Source of the DNA: Auanema rhodensis
Taxonomy: Eukaryota > Animalia > Nematoda
Reading direction: 5' to 3'
DNA: 64,000 nucleotides
Assembly (NCBI GenBank): GCA_964057225.1
Contig: OZ059896.1
Coordinates: 2,418,001 to 2,482,000, forward strand
In this document: piece after piece, positions 12,101 to 26,200 of the stretch
How the letters are laid out: the number at the start of each line of letters is the position of its first letter
Position numbering within the stretch: the first letter of the stretch is position 1
Notes under the pieces: model-generated
The model's input: the letters and a program-made list of their open reading frames with translations, nothing else
What the model was told of the DNA's origin: nothing
Databases searched by the model: none
Program-made: the position numbers and the translations under genes

Positions 12101-13278
12101 CATTAGTGTATGTTGAGTTTCCATGTACACTCAAAATTGCTTCCAAAAACATTTTGACAAAAATTTTTTCGAAAAATTTCAAAATAATTTAGCAAAAAGT
12201 AGATGTTTTTAGATTCCTTTTTTCAAGGCAAAAACGATGGACAATAATATTCAACGAAAAAATTAATTCTTCAGGGTGAAAATCGAGGATATAAGTGTGA
12301 ACTTATATCAGTTGATATCTCGGTGCATTTTTAAGCCAGCGCAAATCTGATAGTACAGATCGACGCAGCTTAAAAATCCGCATCGAATGCACTATACTAC
12401 ATTGAGAAAAGCTTAATACAAAAATTAGTTATGATCGTTTGAAAAATGATGCATTAGTGTATGTTGAGTTTCCATGTACACTCAACATTGCTTCCAAAAA
12501 CATTTTGACAAAAATTTTTTCGAAAAATTTCAAAATAATTTAGCGGAAAGTAGATGTTTTTAGATTCCTTTTTTCGAGGCAAAAACGATGGACAATGTTA
12601 TTCAACGAAAAAATTAATTCTTCAGGGTGAAAATCGAGGATATAAGTGTGAACTTATATCAGTTGATATCTCGGTGCATTTTCAAGCTAGCGCAAATCTG
12701 ATAGTACAGATCGACGCAGCTTAAAAATCCGCATCGAATGCACTATACTACATTGAGAAACGCTTAATACAAAAATTAGTTATGATCGTTTGAAAAATGA
12801 TGCATTAGTGTATGTTGAGTTTCCATGTACACTCAAAATTGCTTCCAAAAACATTTTGACAAAAATTTTTTCAAAAAATTTCAAAATAATTTAGCGAAAA
12901 GTAGATGTTTTTAGATTACTTTTTTCAAGGCAAAAACGATGGACAATGTAATTCAACGAAAAAATTAATTCTTCAGGGTGAAAATCGAGGATATAAGTGT
13001 GAACTTATATCAGTTCATATCTCGGTGCATTTTCAAGCTAGCGCAAATCTGATAGTACAGATCGACGCAGCTTAAAAATCCGCATCGAATGCACTATACT
13101 ACATTGAGAAACGCTTAATACAAAAATTAGTTATGATCGTTTGAAAAATGATGCATTAGTGTATGTTGAGTTTCCATGTACACTCAACATTGCTTCCAAA
13201 AACATTTTGACAAAAATTTTTTCGAAAATTTCAAAATAATTTAGCGAAAAGTAGATGTTTTCAGATTCCTTTTTTTGA

Positions 13279-16200
13279 GGCAAAAACGATGGACAATGTT
13301 ATTCAACGAAAAAATTAATTCTTCAGGGTGAAAATCGAGGATATAAGTGTGAACTTATATCAGTTGATATCTCGGTGCCTTTTTAAGCTAGCGGAAATCT
13401 GATAACACAGATCGACGCAGCTTAAAAATCCGCATCGAATGCACTATACTACATTAAGAAAAGCTTAATACAAAAATTAGTTATGATCGTTTGGAAAATG
13501 ATGCATTAGTGTATGTTGAGTTTCCATGTACACTCAAAATTGCTTCCAAAAACATTTTGACAAAAATTTTTTCGAAAAATTTCAAAATAATTTAGCGAAA
13601 AGTAGATGTTTTTAGATTCCTTTTTTCGAGGCAAAAACGATGGACAATGTTATTCAACGAAAAAATTAATTCTTCAGGGTGAAAATCGAGGATATAAGTG
13701 TGAACTTATATCAGTTGATATCTCGGTGCATTTTCAAGCTAGCGCAAATCTGATAGTACAGATCGACGCAGCTTAAAAATCCGCATCGAATGCACTATAC
13801 TACATTGAGAAACGCTTAATACAAAAATTAGTCATGATCGTTTGAAAAATGATGCATTAGTGTATGTTGAGTTTCCATGTACACTCAACATTGCTTCCAA
13901 AAACATTTTGACAAAAATTTTTTCGAAAATTTCAAAATAATTTAGCGAAAATTAGATGTTTTTAGATTCCTTTTTTCGAGGCAAAAACGATGGACAATGT
14001 TATTCAACGAAAAAATTAATTCTTCAGGGTGAAAATCGAAAATATAAGTGTGAACTTATATCAGTTGATATCTCGGTGCATTTTTCAGCTAGCGCAAATC
14101 TGATAACACAGATCGACGCAGCTTAAAAATCCGCATCGAATGCACTATACTACATTGAGAAACGCTTTATACCAAAATTAGTTATGATCGTTTGAAAAAT
14201 GATGCATTAGTGTATGTTGAGTTTCCATGTACACTCAAAATTGCTTCCAAAAACATTTTGACAAAAATTTTTTCGAAAAATTTCAAAATAATTTAGCGAA
14301 AAGTAGATGTTTTCAGATTCCTTTTTTTGAGGCAAAAACGATGGACAATGTTATTCAACGAAAAAATTAATTCTTCAGGGTGAAAATCGAGGATATAAGT
14401 GTGAACTTATATCAGTTGATATCTCGGTGCCTTTTTAAGCTAGCGGAAATCTGATAACACAGATCGACGCAGCTTAAAAATCCGCATCGAATGCACTATA
14501 CTACATTAAGAAAAGCTTAATACAAAAATTAGTTATGATCGTTTGGAAAATGATGCATTAGTGTATGTTGAGTTTCCATGTACACTCAAAATTGCTTCCA
14601 AAAACATTTTGACAAAAATTTTTTCGAAAAATTTCAAAATAATTTAGCGAAAAGTAGATGTTTTTAGATTCCTTTTTTCGAGGCAAAAACGATGGACAAT
14701 GTTATTCAACGAAAAAATTAATTCTTCAGGGTGAAAATCGAGGATATAAGTGTGAACTTATATCAGTTGATATCTCGGTGCATTTTCAAGCTAGCGCAAA
14801 TCTGATAGTACAGATCGACGCAGCTTAAAAATCCGCATCGAATGCACTATACTACATTGAGAAACGCTTAATACAAAAATTAGTCATGATCGTTTGAAAA
14901 ATGATGCATTAGTGTATGTTGAGTTTCCATGTACACTCAACATTGCTTCCAAAAACATTTTGACAAAAATTTTTTCGAAAATTTCAAAATAATTTAGCGA
15001 AAATTAGATGTTTTTAGATTCCTTCTTTCGAGGCAAAAACGATGGACAATGTTATTCAACGAAAAAATTAATTCTTCAGGGTGAAAATCGAAAATATAAG
15101 TGTGAACTTATATCAGTTGATATCTCGGTGCATTTTTCAGCTAGCGCAAATCTGATAACACAGATCGACGCAGCTTAAAAATCCGCATCGAATGCACTAT
15201 ACTATATTGAGAAACGCTTTATACCAAAATTAGTTATGATCGTTTGAAAAATGATGCATTAGTGTATGTTGAGTTTCCATGTACACTCAAAATTGCTTCC
15301 AAAAACATTTTGACAAAAATTTTTTCGAAAAATTTCAAAATAATTTAGCGAAAAGTAGATGTTTTCAGATTCCTTTTTTTGAGGCAAAAACGATGGACAA
15401 TGTTATTCAACGAAAAAATTAATTCTTCAGGGTGAAAATCGAGGATATAAGTGTGAACTTATATCAGTTGATATCTCGGTGCCTTTTTAAGCTAGCGGAA
15501 ATCTGATAACACAGATCGACGCAGCTTAAAAATCCGCATCGAATGCACTATACTACATTAAGAAAAGCTTAATACAAAAATTAGTTATGATCGTTTGGAA
15601 AATGATGCATTAGTGTATGTTGAGTTTCCATGTACACTCAAAATTGCTTCCAAAAACATTTTGACAAAAATTTTTTCGAAAAATTTCAAAATAATTTAGC
15701 GAAAAGTAGATGTTTTTAGATTTCTTTTTTCGAGGCAAAAACGATGGACAATGTTATTCAACGAAAAAATTAATTCTTCAGGGTGAAAATCGAGGATATA
15801 AGTGTGAACTTATATCAGTTGATATCTCGGTGCATTTTCAAGCTAGCGCAAATCTGATAGTACAGATCGACGCAGCTTAAAAATCCGCATCGAATGCACT
15901 ATACTACATTGAGAAACGCTTAATACAAAAATTAGTCATGATCGTTTGAAAAATGATGCATTAGTGTATGTTGAGTTTCCATGTACACTCAAAATTGCTT
16001 CCAAAAACATTTTGACAAAAATTTTTTCGAAAAATTTCAAAATAATTTAGCGAAAAGTAGATGTTTTTAGATTCCTTTTTTCGAGGCAAAAACGATGGAC
16101 AATGTTATTCAACGAAAAAATTAATTCTTCAGGGTGAAAATCGAGGATATAAGTGTGAACTTATATCAGTTGATATCTCGGTGCATTTTCAAGCTAGCGC

Positions 16201-17838
16201 AAATCTGATAGTACAGATCGACGCAGCTTAAAAATCCGCATCGAATGCACTATACTACATTGAGAAACGCTTAATACAAAAATTAGTCATGATCGTTTGA
16301 AAAATGATGCATTAGTGTATGTTGAGTTTCCATGTACACTCAAAATTGCTTCCAAAAACATTTTGACAAAAATTTTTTCGAAAAATTTCAAAATAATTTA
16401 GCGAAAAGTAGATGTTTTTAGATTCCTTTTTTCGAGGCAAAAACGATGGACAATGTTATTCAACGAAAAAATTAATTCTTCAGGGTGAAAATCGAGGATA
16501 TAAGTGTGAACTTATATCAGTTGATATCTCGGTGCATTTTCAAGCTAGCGCAAATCTGATAGTACAGATCGACGCAGCTTAAAAATCCGCATCGAATGCA
16601 CTATACTACATTGAGAAACGCTTAATACAAAAATTAGTCATGATCGTTTGAAAAATGATGCATTAGTGTATGTTGAGTTTCCATGTACACTCAACATTGC
16701 TTCCAAAAACATTTTGACAAAAATTTTTTCGAAAATTTCAAAATAATTTAGCGAAAATTAGATGTTTTTAGATTCCTTTTTTCGAGGCAAAAACGATGGA
16801 CAATGTTATTCAACGAAAAAATTAATTCTTCAGGGTGAAAATCGAAAATATAAGTGTGAACTTATATCAGTTGATATCTCGGTGCATTTTTCAGCTAGCG
16901 CAAATCTGATAACACAGATCGACGCAGCTTAAAAATCCGCATCGAATGCACTATACTACATTGAGAAACGCTTTATACCAAAATTAGTTATGATCGTTTG
17001 AAAAATGATGCATTAGTGTATGTTGAGTTTCCATGTACACTCAAAATTGCTTCCAAAAACATTTTGACAAAAATTTTTTCGAAAAATTTCAAAATAATTT
17101 AGCGAAAAGTAGATGTTTTCAGATTCCTTTTTTTGAGGCAAAAACGATGGACAATGTTATTCAACGAAAAAATTAATTCTTCAGGGTGAAAATCGAGGAT
17201 ATAAGTGTGAACTTATATCAGTTGATATCTCGGTGCCTTTTTAAGCTAGCGGAAATCTGATAACACAGATCGACGCAGCTTAAAAATCCGCATCGAATGC
17301 ACTATACTACATTAAGAAAAGCTTAATACAAAAATTAGTTATGATCGTTTGGAAAATGATGCATTAGTGTATGTTGAGTTTCCATGTACACTCAAAATTG
17401 CTTCCAAAAACATTTTGACAAAAATTTTTTCGAAAAATTTCAAAATAATTTAGCGAAAAGTAGATGTTTTTAGATTCCTTTTTTCGAGGCAAAAACGATG
17501 GACAATGTTATTCAACGAAAAAATTAATTCTTCAGGGTGAAAATCGAGGATATAAGTGTGAACTTATATCAGTTGATATCTCGGTGCATTTTCAAGCTAG
17601 CGCAAATCTGATAGTACAGATCGACGCAGCTTAAAAATCCGCATCGAATGCACTATACTACATTGAGAAACGCTTAATACAAAAATTAGTCATGATCGTT
17701 TGAAAAATGATGCATTAGTGTATGTTGAGTTTCCATGTACACTCAAAATTGCTTCCAAAAACATTTTGACAAAAATTTTTTCGAAAAATTTCAAAATAAT
17801 TTAGCGAAAAGTAGATGTTTTTAGATTCCTTTTTTCGA
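13279..17838. repeat. Trimeric higher-order repeat (1052-bp period), order X-Y-Z-X-Y-Z-X-Y-Y-Y-Z-X-Y
   Basis: X = GGTGCCTT/GCGGAAATCTG/TTGGAAAATG (13279, 14331, 15383, 17137). Y = AGTCATG (13630, 14682, 15734, 16085, 16436, 17488). Z = TCGAAAATATA/GCTTTATACCAA (13980, 15032, ~16787). Confidence 0.88.
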
Positions 17839-20292
17839 GGCAAAAACGATGGACAATGTTATTCAACGAAAAAATTAATTCTTCAGGGTGAAAATCGAGG
17901 ATATAAGTGTGAACTTATATCAGTTGATATCTCGGTGCATTTTATAGCTAGCGCAAATCTGATAGTACAGATCGACGCAGCTTAAAAATCCGCATCGAAT
18001 GCACTATACTACATTGAGAAACGCTTAATACAAAAATTAGTTATGATCGTTTGAAAAATGATGCATTAGTGTATGTTGAGTTTCCATGTACACTCAAAAT
18101 TGCTTCCAAAAACATTTTGACAAAAATTTTTTCGAAAAATTTCAAAATAATTTAGCGAAAAGTAGATGTTTTTAGATTCCTTTTTTCGAGGCAAAAACGA
18201 TGGACAATGTTATTCAACGAAAAAATTAATTCTTCAGGGTGAAAATCGAGGATATAAGTGTGAACTTATATCAGTTGATATCTCGGTGCATTTTTAAGCT
18301 AGCGGAAATTTGATAACACAGATCGACGCAGCTTAAAAATCCGCATTGAATGCACTATACTACATTGTGAAAAGCTTAATACAAAAATTAGTTATGATCG
18401 TTTGGAAAATGATGCATTAGTGTATGTTGAGTTTCCATGTACACTCAAAATTGCTTCCAAAAACATTTTGACAAAAATTTTTTCGAAAAATTTCAAAATA
18501 ATTTAGCGAAAAGTAGATGTTTTTAGATTCCTTTTTTCGAGGCAAAAACGATGGACAATGTTATTCAACGAAAAAATTAATTCTTCAGGGTGAAAATCGA
18601 GGATATATGTGTGAACTTATATCAGTTGATATCTCGGTGCATTTTCAAGCTAGCGCAAATCTGATAACACAGATCGACGCAGCTTAAAAATCCGCATCGA
18701 ATGCACTATACTACATTGAGAAACGCTTAATACAAAAATTAGTTATGATCGTTTGAAAAATGATGCATTAGTGTATGTTGAGTTTCCATGTACACTCAAA
18801 ATTGCTTCCAAAAACATTTTGACAAAAATTTTTTCGAAAAATTTCAAAATAATTTAGCGAAAAGTAGATGTTTTTAGATTCCTTTTTTCGAGGCAAAAAC
18901 GATGGACAATGTTATTCAACGAAAAAATTAATTCTTCAGGGTGAAAATCGAGGATATAAGTGTGAACTTATATCAGTTGATATCTCGGTGCATTTTTAAG
19001 CTAGCGGAAATTTAATAACACAGATCGACGCAGCTTAAAAATCCGCATCGAATGCACTATACTACATTAAGAAAAGCTTAATACAAAAATTAGTTATGAT
19101 CGTTTGAAAAATGATGCATTAGTGTATGTTGAGTTTCCATGTACACTCAAAATTGCTTCCAAAAACATTTTGACAAAAAATTTTCGTAAAATTTCAAAAT
19201 AATTTAGCGAAAAGTAGATGTTTTTAGATTCCTTTTTTCAAGGCAAAAACGATGGACAATGTTATTCAACGAAAAAATTAATTCTTCAGGGTGAAAATCG
19301 AGGATATAAGTGTGAACTTATATCAGTTGATATCTCGGTGCATTTTCAAGCTAGCGCAAATCTGATAGTACAGATCGACGCAGCTTAAAAATCCGCATTG
19401 AATGCACTATACTACATTGTGAAAAGCTTAATACAAAAATTAGTTATGATCGTTTGAAAAATGATGCATTAGTGTATGTTGAGTTTCCATGTACACTCAA
19501 AATTGCTTCCAAAAACATTTTGACAAAAATTTTTTCGAAAAATTTCAAAATAATTTAGCGAAAAGTAGATGTTTTCAGATTCCTTTTTTTGAGGCAAAAA
19601 CGATGGACAATGTTATTCAACGAAAAAATTAATTCTTCAGGGTGAAAATCGAGGATATAAGTGTGAACTTATATCAGTTGATATCTCGGTGCATTTTTAA
19701 GCTAGCGGAAATTTAATAACACAGATCGACGCAGCTTAAAAATCCGCATCGAATGCACTATACTACATTGTGAAAAGCTTAATACAAAAATTAGTTATGA
19801 TCGTTTGGAAAATGATGCATTAGTGTATGTTGAGTTTCCATGTACACTCAAAATTGCTTCCAAAAACATTTTGACAAAAATTTTTTCGAAAAATTTCAAA
19901 ATAATTTAGCGAAAAGTAGATGTTTTCAGATTCCTTTTTTTGAGGCAAAAACGATGGACAATGTTATTCAACGAAAAAATTAATTCTTCAGGGTGAAAAT
20001 CGAGGATATAAGTGTGAACTTATATCAGTTGATATCTCGGTGCATTTTTAAGCTAGCGGACATTTGATAACACAGATCGACGCAGCTTAAAAATCCGCAT
20101 TGAATGCACTATACTACATTGTGAAAAGCTTAATACAAAAATTAGTTATGATCGTTTGGAAAATGATGCATTAGTGTATGTTGAGTTTCCATGTACACTC
20201 AAAATTGCTTCCAAAAACATTTTGACAAAAATTTTTTCGAAAAATTTCAAAATAATTTAGCGAAAAGTAGATGTTTTTAGATTCCTTTTTTC

Positions 20293-23200
20293 GAGGCAAA
20301 AACGATGGACAATGTTATTCAACGAAAAAATTAATTCTTCAGGGTGAAAATCGAGGATATAAGTGTGAACTTATATCAGTTGATATCTCGGTGCATTTTC
20401 AAGCTAGCGCAAATCTGATAACACAGATCGACGCAGCTTAAAAATCCGCATCGAATGCACTATACTACATTGAGAAACGCTTAATACAAAAATTAGTTAT
20501 GATCGTTTGAAAAATGATGCATTAGTGTATGTTGAGTTTCCATGTACACTCAAAATTGCTTCCAAAAACATTTTGACAAAAATTTTTTCGAAAAATTTCA
20601 AAATAATTTAGCGAAAAGTAGATGTTTTTAGATTCCTTTTTTCGAGGCAAAAACGATGGACAATGTTATTCAACGAAAAAATTAATTCTTCAGGGTGAAA
20701 ATCGAGGATATAAGTGTGAACTTATATCAGTTGATATCTCGGTGCATTTTTAAGCTAGCGGAAATTTAATAACACAGATCGACGCAGCTTAAAAATCCGC
20801 ATCGAATGCACTATACTACATTAAGAAAAGCTTAATACAAAAATTAGTTATGATCGTTTGGAAAATGATGCATTAGTGTATGTTGAGTTTCCATGTACAC
20901 TCAAAATTGCTTCCAAAAACATTTTGACAAAAATTTTTTCGAAAAATTTCAAAATAATTTAGCGAAAAGTAGATGTTTTTAGATTCCTTTTTTCGAGGCA
21001 AAAACGATGGACAATGTTATTCAACGAAAAAATTAATTCTTCAGGGTGAAAATCGAGGATATAAGTGTGAACTTATATCAGTTGATATCTCGGTGCATTT
21101 TTAAGCTAGCGGAAATTTGATAACACAGATCGACGCAGCTTAAAAATCCGCATTGAATGCACTATACTACATTGTGAAAAGCTTAATACAAAAATTAGTT
21201 ATGATCGTTTGGAAAATGATGCATTAGTGTATGTTGAGTTTCCATGTACACTCAAAATTGCTTCCAAAAACATTTTGACAAAAATTTTTTCGAAAAATTT
21301 CAAAATAATTTAGCGAAAAGTAGATGTTTTAAGATTCCTTTTTTCGAGGCAAAAACGATGGACAATGTTATTCAACGAAAAAATTAATTCTTCAGGGTGA
21401 AAATCGAGGATATAAGTGTGAACTTATATCAGTTGATATCTCGGTGCATTTTCAAGCTAGCGCAAATCTGATAACACAGATCGACGCAGCTTAAAAATCC
21501 GCATCGAATGCACTATACTACATTGAGAAACGCTTAATACAAAAATTAGTTATGATCGTTTGAAAAATGATGCATTAGTGTATGTTGAGTTTCCATGTAC
21601 ACTCAAAATTGCTTCCAAAAACATTTTGACAAAAATTTTTTCGAAAAATTTCAAAATAATTTAGCGAAAAGTAGATGTTTTTCGATTCCTTTTTTCGAGG
21701 CAAAAACGATGGACAATGTTATTCAACGAAAAAATTAATTCTTCAGGGTGAAAATCGAGGATATAAGTGTGAACTTATATCAGTTGATATCTCGGTGCAT
21801 TTTTAAGCTAGCGGAAATTTAATAACACAGATCGACGCAGCTTAAAAATCCGCATCGAATGCACTATACTACATTAAGAAAAGCTTAATACAAAAATTAG
21901 TTATGATCGTTTGAAAAATGATGCATTAGTGTATGTTGAGTTTCCATGTACACTCAAAATTGCTTCCAAAAACATTTTGACAAAAAATTTTCGTAAAATT
22001 TCAAAATAATTTAGCGAAAAGTAGATGTTTTTAGATTCCTTTTTTCAAGGCAAAAACGATGGACAATGTTATTCAACGAAAAAATTAATTCTTCAGGGTA
22101 AAAATCGAGGATATAAGTGTGAACTTATATCAGTTGATATCTCGGTGCATTTTTAAGCTAGCGGAAATCTGATAACACAGATCGACGCAGCTTAAAAATC
22201 CGCATCGAATGCACTATACTACATTAAGAAAAGCTTAATACAAAAATTAGTTATGATCGTTTGGAAAATGATGCATTAGTGTATGTTGAGTTTCCATGTA
22301 CACTCAAAATTGCTTCCAAAAACATTTTGACAAAAAGTTTTTCGAAAAATTTCAAAATAATTTAGCGAAAAGTAGATGTTTTCAGATTCCTTTTTTTGAG
22401 GCAAAAACGATGGACAATGTTATTCAACGAAAAAATTAATTCTTCAGGGTGAAAATCGAGGATATAAGTGTGAACTTATATCAGTTGATATCTCGGTGCC
22501 TTTTTAAGCTAGCGCAAATCTGATAGTACAGATCGACGCAGCTTAAAAATCCGCATTGAATGCACTATACTACATTGTGAAAAGCTTAATACAAAAATTA
22601 GTTATGATCGTTTGAAAAATGATGCATTAGTGTATGTTGAGTTTCCATGTACACTCAAAATTGCTTCCAAAAACATTTTGACAAAAATTTTTTCGAAAAA
22701 TTTCAAAATAATTTAGCGAAAAGTAGATGTTTTCAGATTCCTTTTTTTGAGGCAAAAACGATGGACAACGTTATTCAACGAAAAAATTAATTCTTCAGGG
22801 TGAAAATCGAGGATATAAGTGTGAACTTATATCAGTTGATATCTCGGTGCATTTTTAAGCTAGCGGAAATTTAATAACACAGATCGACGCAGCTTAAAAA
22901 TCCGCATCGAATGCACTATACTACATTAAGAAAAGCTTAATACAAAAATTAGTTATGATCGTTTGGAAAATGATGCATTAGTGTATGTTGAGTTTCCATG
23001 TACACTCAAAATTGCTTCCAAAAACATTTTGACAAAAATTTTTTCGAAAAATTTCAAAATAATTTAGCGAAAAGTAGATGTTTTTAGATTCCTTTTTTCG
23101 AGGCAAAAACGATGGACAATGTTATTCAACGAAAAAATTAATTCTTCAGGGTGAAAATCGAGGATATAAGTGTGAACTTATATCAGTTGATATCTCGGTG

Positions 23201-26200
23201 CATTTTTAAGCTAGCGGAAATTTGATAACACAGATCGACGCAGCTTAAAAATCCGCATTGAATGCACTATACTACATTGTGAAAAGCTTAATACAAAAAT
23301 TAGTTATGATCGTTTGGAAAATGATGCATTAGTGTATGTTGAGTTTCCATGTACACTCAAAATTGCTTCCAAAAACATTTTGACAAAAATTTTTTCGAAA
23401 AATTTCAAAATAATTTAGCGAAAAGTAGATGTTTTTAGATTCCTTTTTTCGAGGCAAAAACGATGGACAATGTTATTCAACGAAAAAATTAATTCTTCAG
23501 GGTGAAAATCGAGGATATAAGTGTGAACTTATATCAGTTGATATCTCGGTGCCTTTTTAAGCTAGCGGAAATCTGATAACACAGATCGACGCAGCTTAAA
23601 AATCCGCATCGAATGCACTATACTACATTAAGAAAAGCTTAATACAAAAATTAGTTATGATCGTTTGGAAAATGATGCATTAGTGTATGTTGAGTTTCCA
23701 TGTACACTCAAAATTGCTTCCAAAAACATTTTGACAAAAATTTTTTCGAAAAATTTCAAAATAATTTAGCGAAAAGTAGATGTTTTTAGATTCCTTTTTT
23801 CGAGGCAAAAACGATGGACAATGTTATTCAACGAAAAAATTAATTCTTCAGGGTGAAAATCGAGGATATAAGTGTGAACTTATATCAGTTGATATCTCGG
23901 TGCATTTTCAAGCTAGCGCAAATCTGATAGTACAGATCGACGCAGCTTAAAAATCCGCATCGAATGCACTATACTACATTAAGAAAAGCTTAATACAAAA
24001 ATTAGTTATGATCGTTTGGAAAATGATGCATTAGTGTATGTTGAGTTTCCATGTACACTCAAAATTGCTTCCAAAAACATTTTGACAAAAATTTTTTCGA
24101 AAAATTTCAAAATAATTTAGCGAAAAGTAGATGTTTTTAGATTCCTTTTTTCGAGGCAAAAACGATGGACAATGTTATTCAACGAAAAAATTAATTCTTC
24201 AGGGTGAAAATCGAGGATATAAGTGTGAACTTATATCAGTTGATATCTCGGTGCATTTTTAAGCTAGCGCAAATCTGATAGTACAGATCGACGCAGCTTA
24301 AAAATCCGCATCGAATGCACTATACTACATTAAGAAAAGCTTAATACAAAATGTAGTTATGATCGTTTGGAAAATGATGCATTAGTGTATGTTGAGTTTC
24401 CATGTACACTCAAAATTGCTTCCAAAAACATTTTGACAAAAAGTTTTTCGAAAAATTTCAAAATAATTTAGCGAAAAGTAGATGTTTTTAGATTCCTTTT
24501 TTCGAGGCAAAAACGATGGACAATGTTATTCAACGAAAAAATTAATTCTTCAGGGTGAAAATCGAGGATATAAGTGTGAACTTATATCAGTTGATATCTC
24601 GGTGCATTTTTAAGCTAGCGGAAATTTAATAACACAGATCGACGCAGCTTAAAAATCCGCATCGAATGCACTATACTACATTGAGAAACGCTTAATACAA
24701 AAATTAGTTATGATCGTTTGGAAAATGATGCATTAGTGTATGTTGAGTTTCCATGTACACTCAAAATTGCTTCCAAAAACATTTTGACAAAAATTTTTTC
24801 GAAAAATTTCAAAATAATTTAGCGAAAAGTAGATGTTTTCAGATTCCTTTTTTTGAGGCAAAAACGATGGACAATGTTATTCAACGAAAAAATTAATTCT
24901 TCAGGGTGAAAATCGAGGATATAAGTGTGAACTTATAACAGTTGATATCTCGGTGCCTTTTTAAGCTAGCGGAAATTTGATAACACAGATCGACGCAGCT
25001 TAAAAATCCGCATTGAATGCACTATACTACATTGTGAAAAGCTTAATACAAAAATTAGTTATGATCGTTTGGAAAATGATGCATTAGTGTATGTTGAGTT
25101 TCCATGTACACTCAAAATTGCTTCCAAAAACATTTTGACAAAAATTTTTTCGAAAAATTTCAAAATAATTTAGCGAAAAGTAGATGTTTTTAGATTCCTT
25201 TTTTCGAGGCAAAAACGATGGACAATGTTATTCAACGAAAAAATTAATTCTTCAGGGTGAAAATCGAGGATATAAGTGTGAACTTATATCAGTTGATATC
25301 TCGGTGCATTTTCAAGCTAGCGCAAATTTAATAACACAGATCGACGCAGCTTAAAAATCCGCATCGAATGCACTATACTACATTAAGAAAAGCTTAATAC
25401 AAAAATTAGTTATGATCGTTTGAAAAATGATGCATTAGTGTATGTTGAGTTTCCATGTACACTCAAAATTGCTTCCAAAAACATTTTGACAAAAAATTTT
25501 CGTAAAATTTCAAAATAATTTAGCGAAAAGTAGATGTTTTTAGATTCCTTTTTTCAAGGCAAAAACGATGGACAATGTTATTCAACGAAAAAATTAATTC
25601 TTCAGGGTGAAAATCGAGGATATAAGTGTGAACTTATATCAGTTGATATCTCGGTGCATTTTCAAGCTATCGCAAATCTGATAGTACAGATCGACGCAGC
25701 TTAAAAATCCGCATTGAATGCACTATACTACATTGTGAAAAGCTTAATACAAAAATTAGTTATGATCGTTTGAAAAATGATGCATTAGTGTATGTTGAGT
25801 TTCCATGTACACTCAACATTGCTTCCAAAAACATTTTGACAAAAATTTTTTCAAAAAATTTCAAAATAATTTAGCGAAAAGTAGATGTTTTTAGATTCCT
25901 TTTTTCAAGGCAAAAACGATGGACAATGTTATTCAACGAAAAAATTAATTCTTCAGGGTGAAAATCGAAAATATAAGTGTGAACTTATATCAGTTGATAT
26001 CTCGGTGAATTTTTCAGCTAGCGCAAATCTGATAACACAGATCGACGCAGCTCAAAAATCCGCATCGAATGCACTATACTACATTGAGAAACGCTTTATA
26101 CCAAAATTAGTTATGATCGTTTGAAAAATGATGCATTAGTGTATGTTGAGTTTCCATGTACACTCAAAATTGCTTCCAAAAACATTTTGACAAAAAGTTT

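Noticed and set aside
25885-26124. 79-aa ORF MFLDSFFQGKNDGQ... (identical copy at 46935-47174)
   Set aside because: It is an ordinary monomer in which a private TAA>CAA change (GCAGCTCAAA, ~26053) removes a stop present in other copies. I recognise no domain, and the second copy exists only because of the 21-kb duplication.
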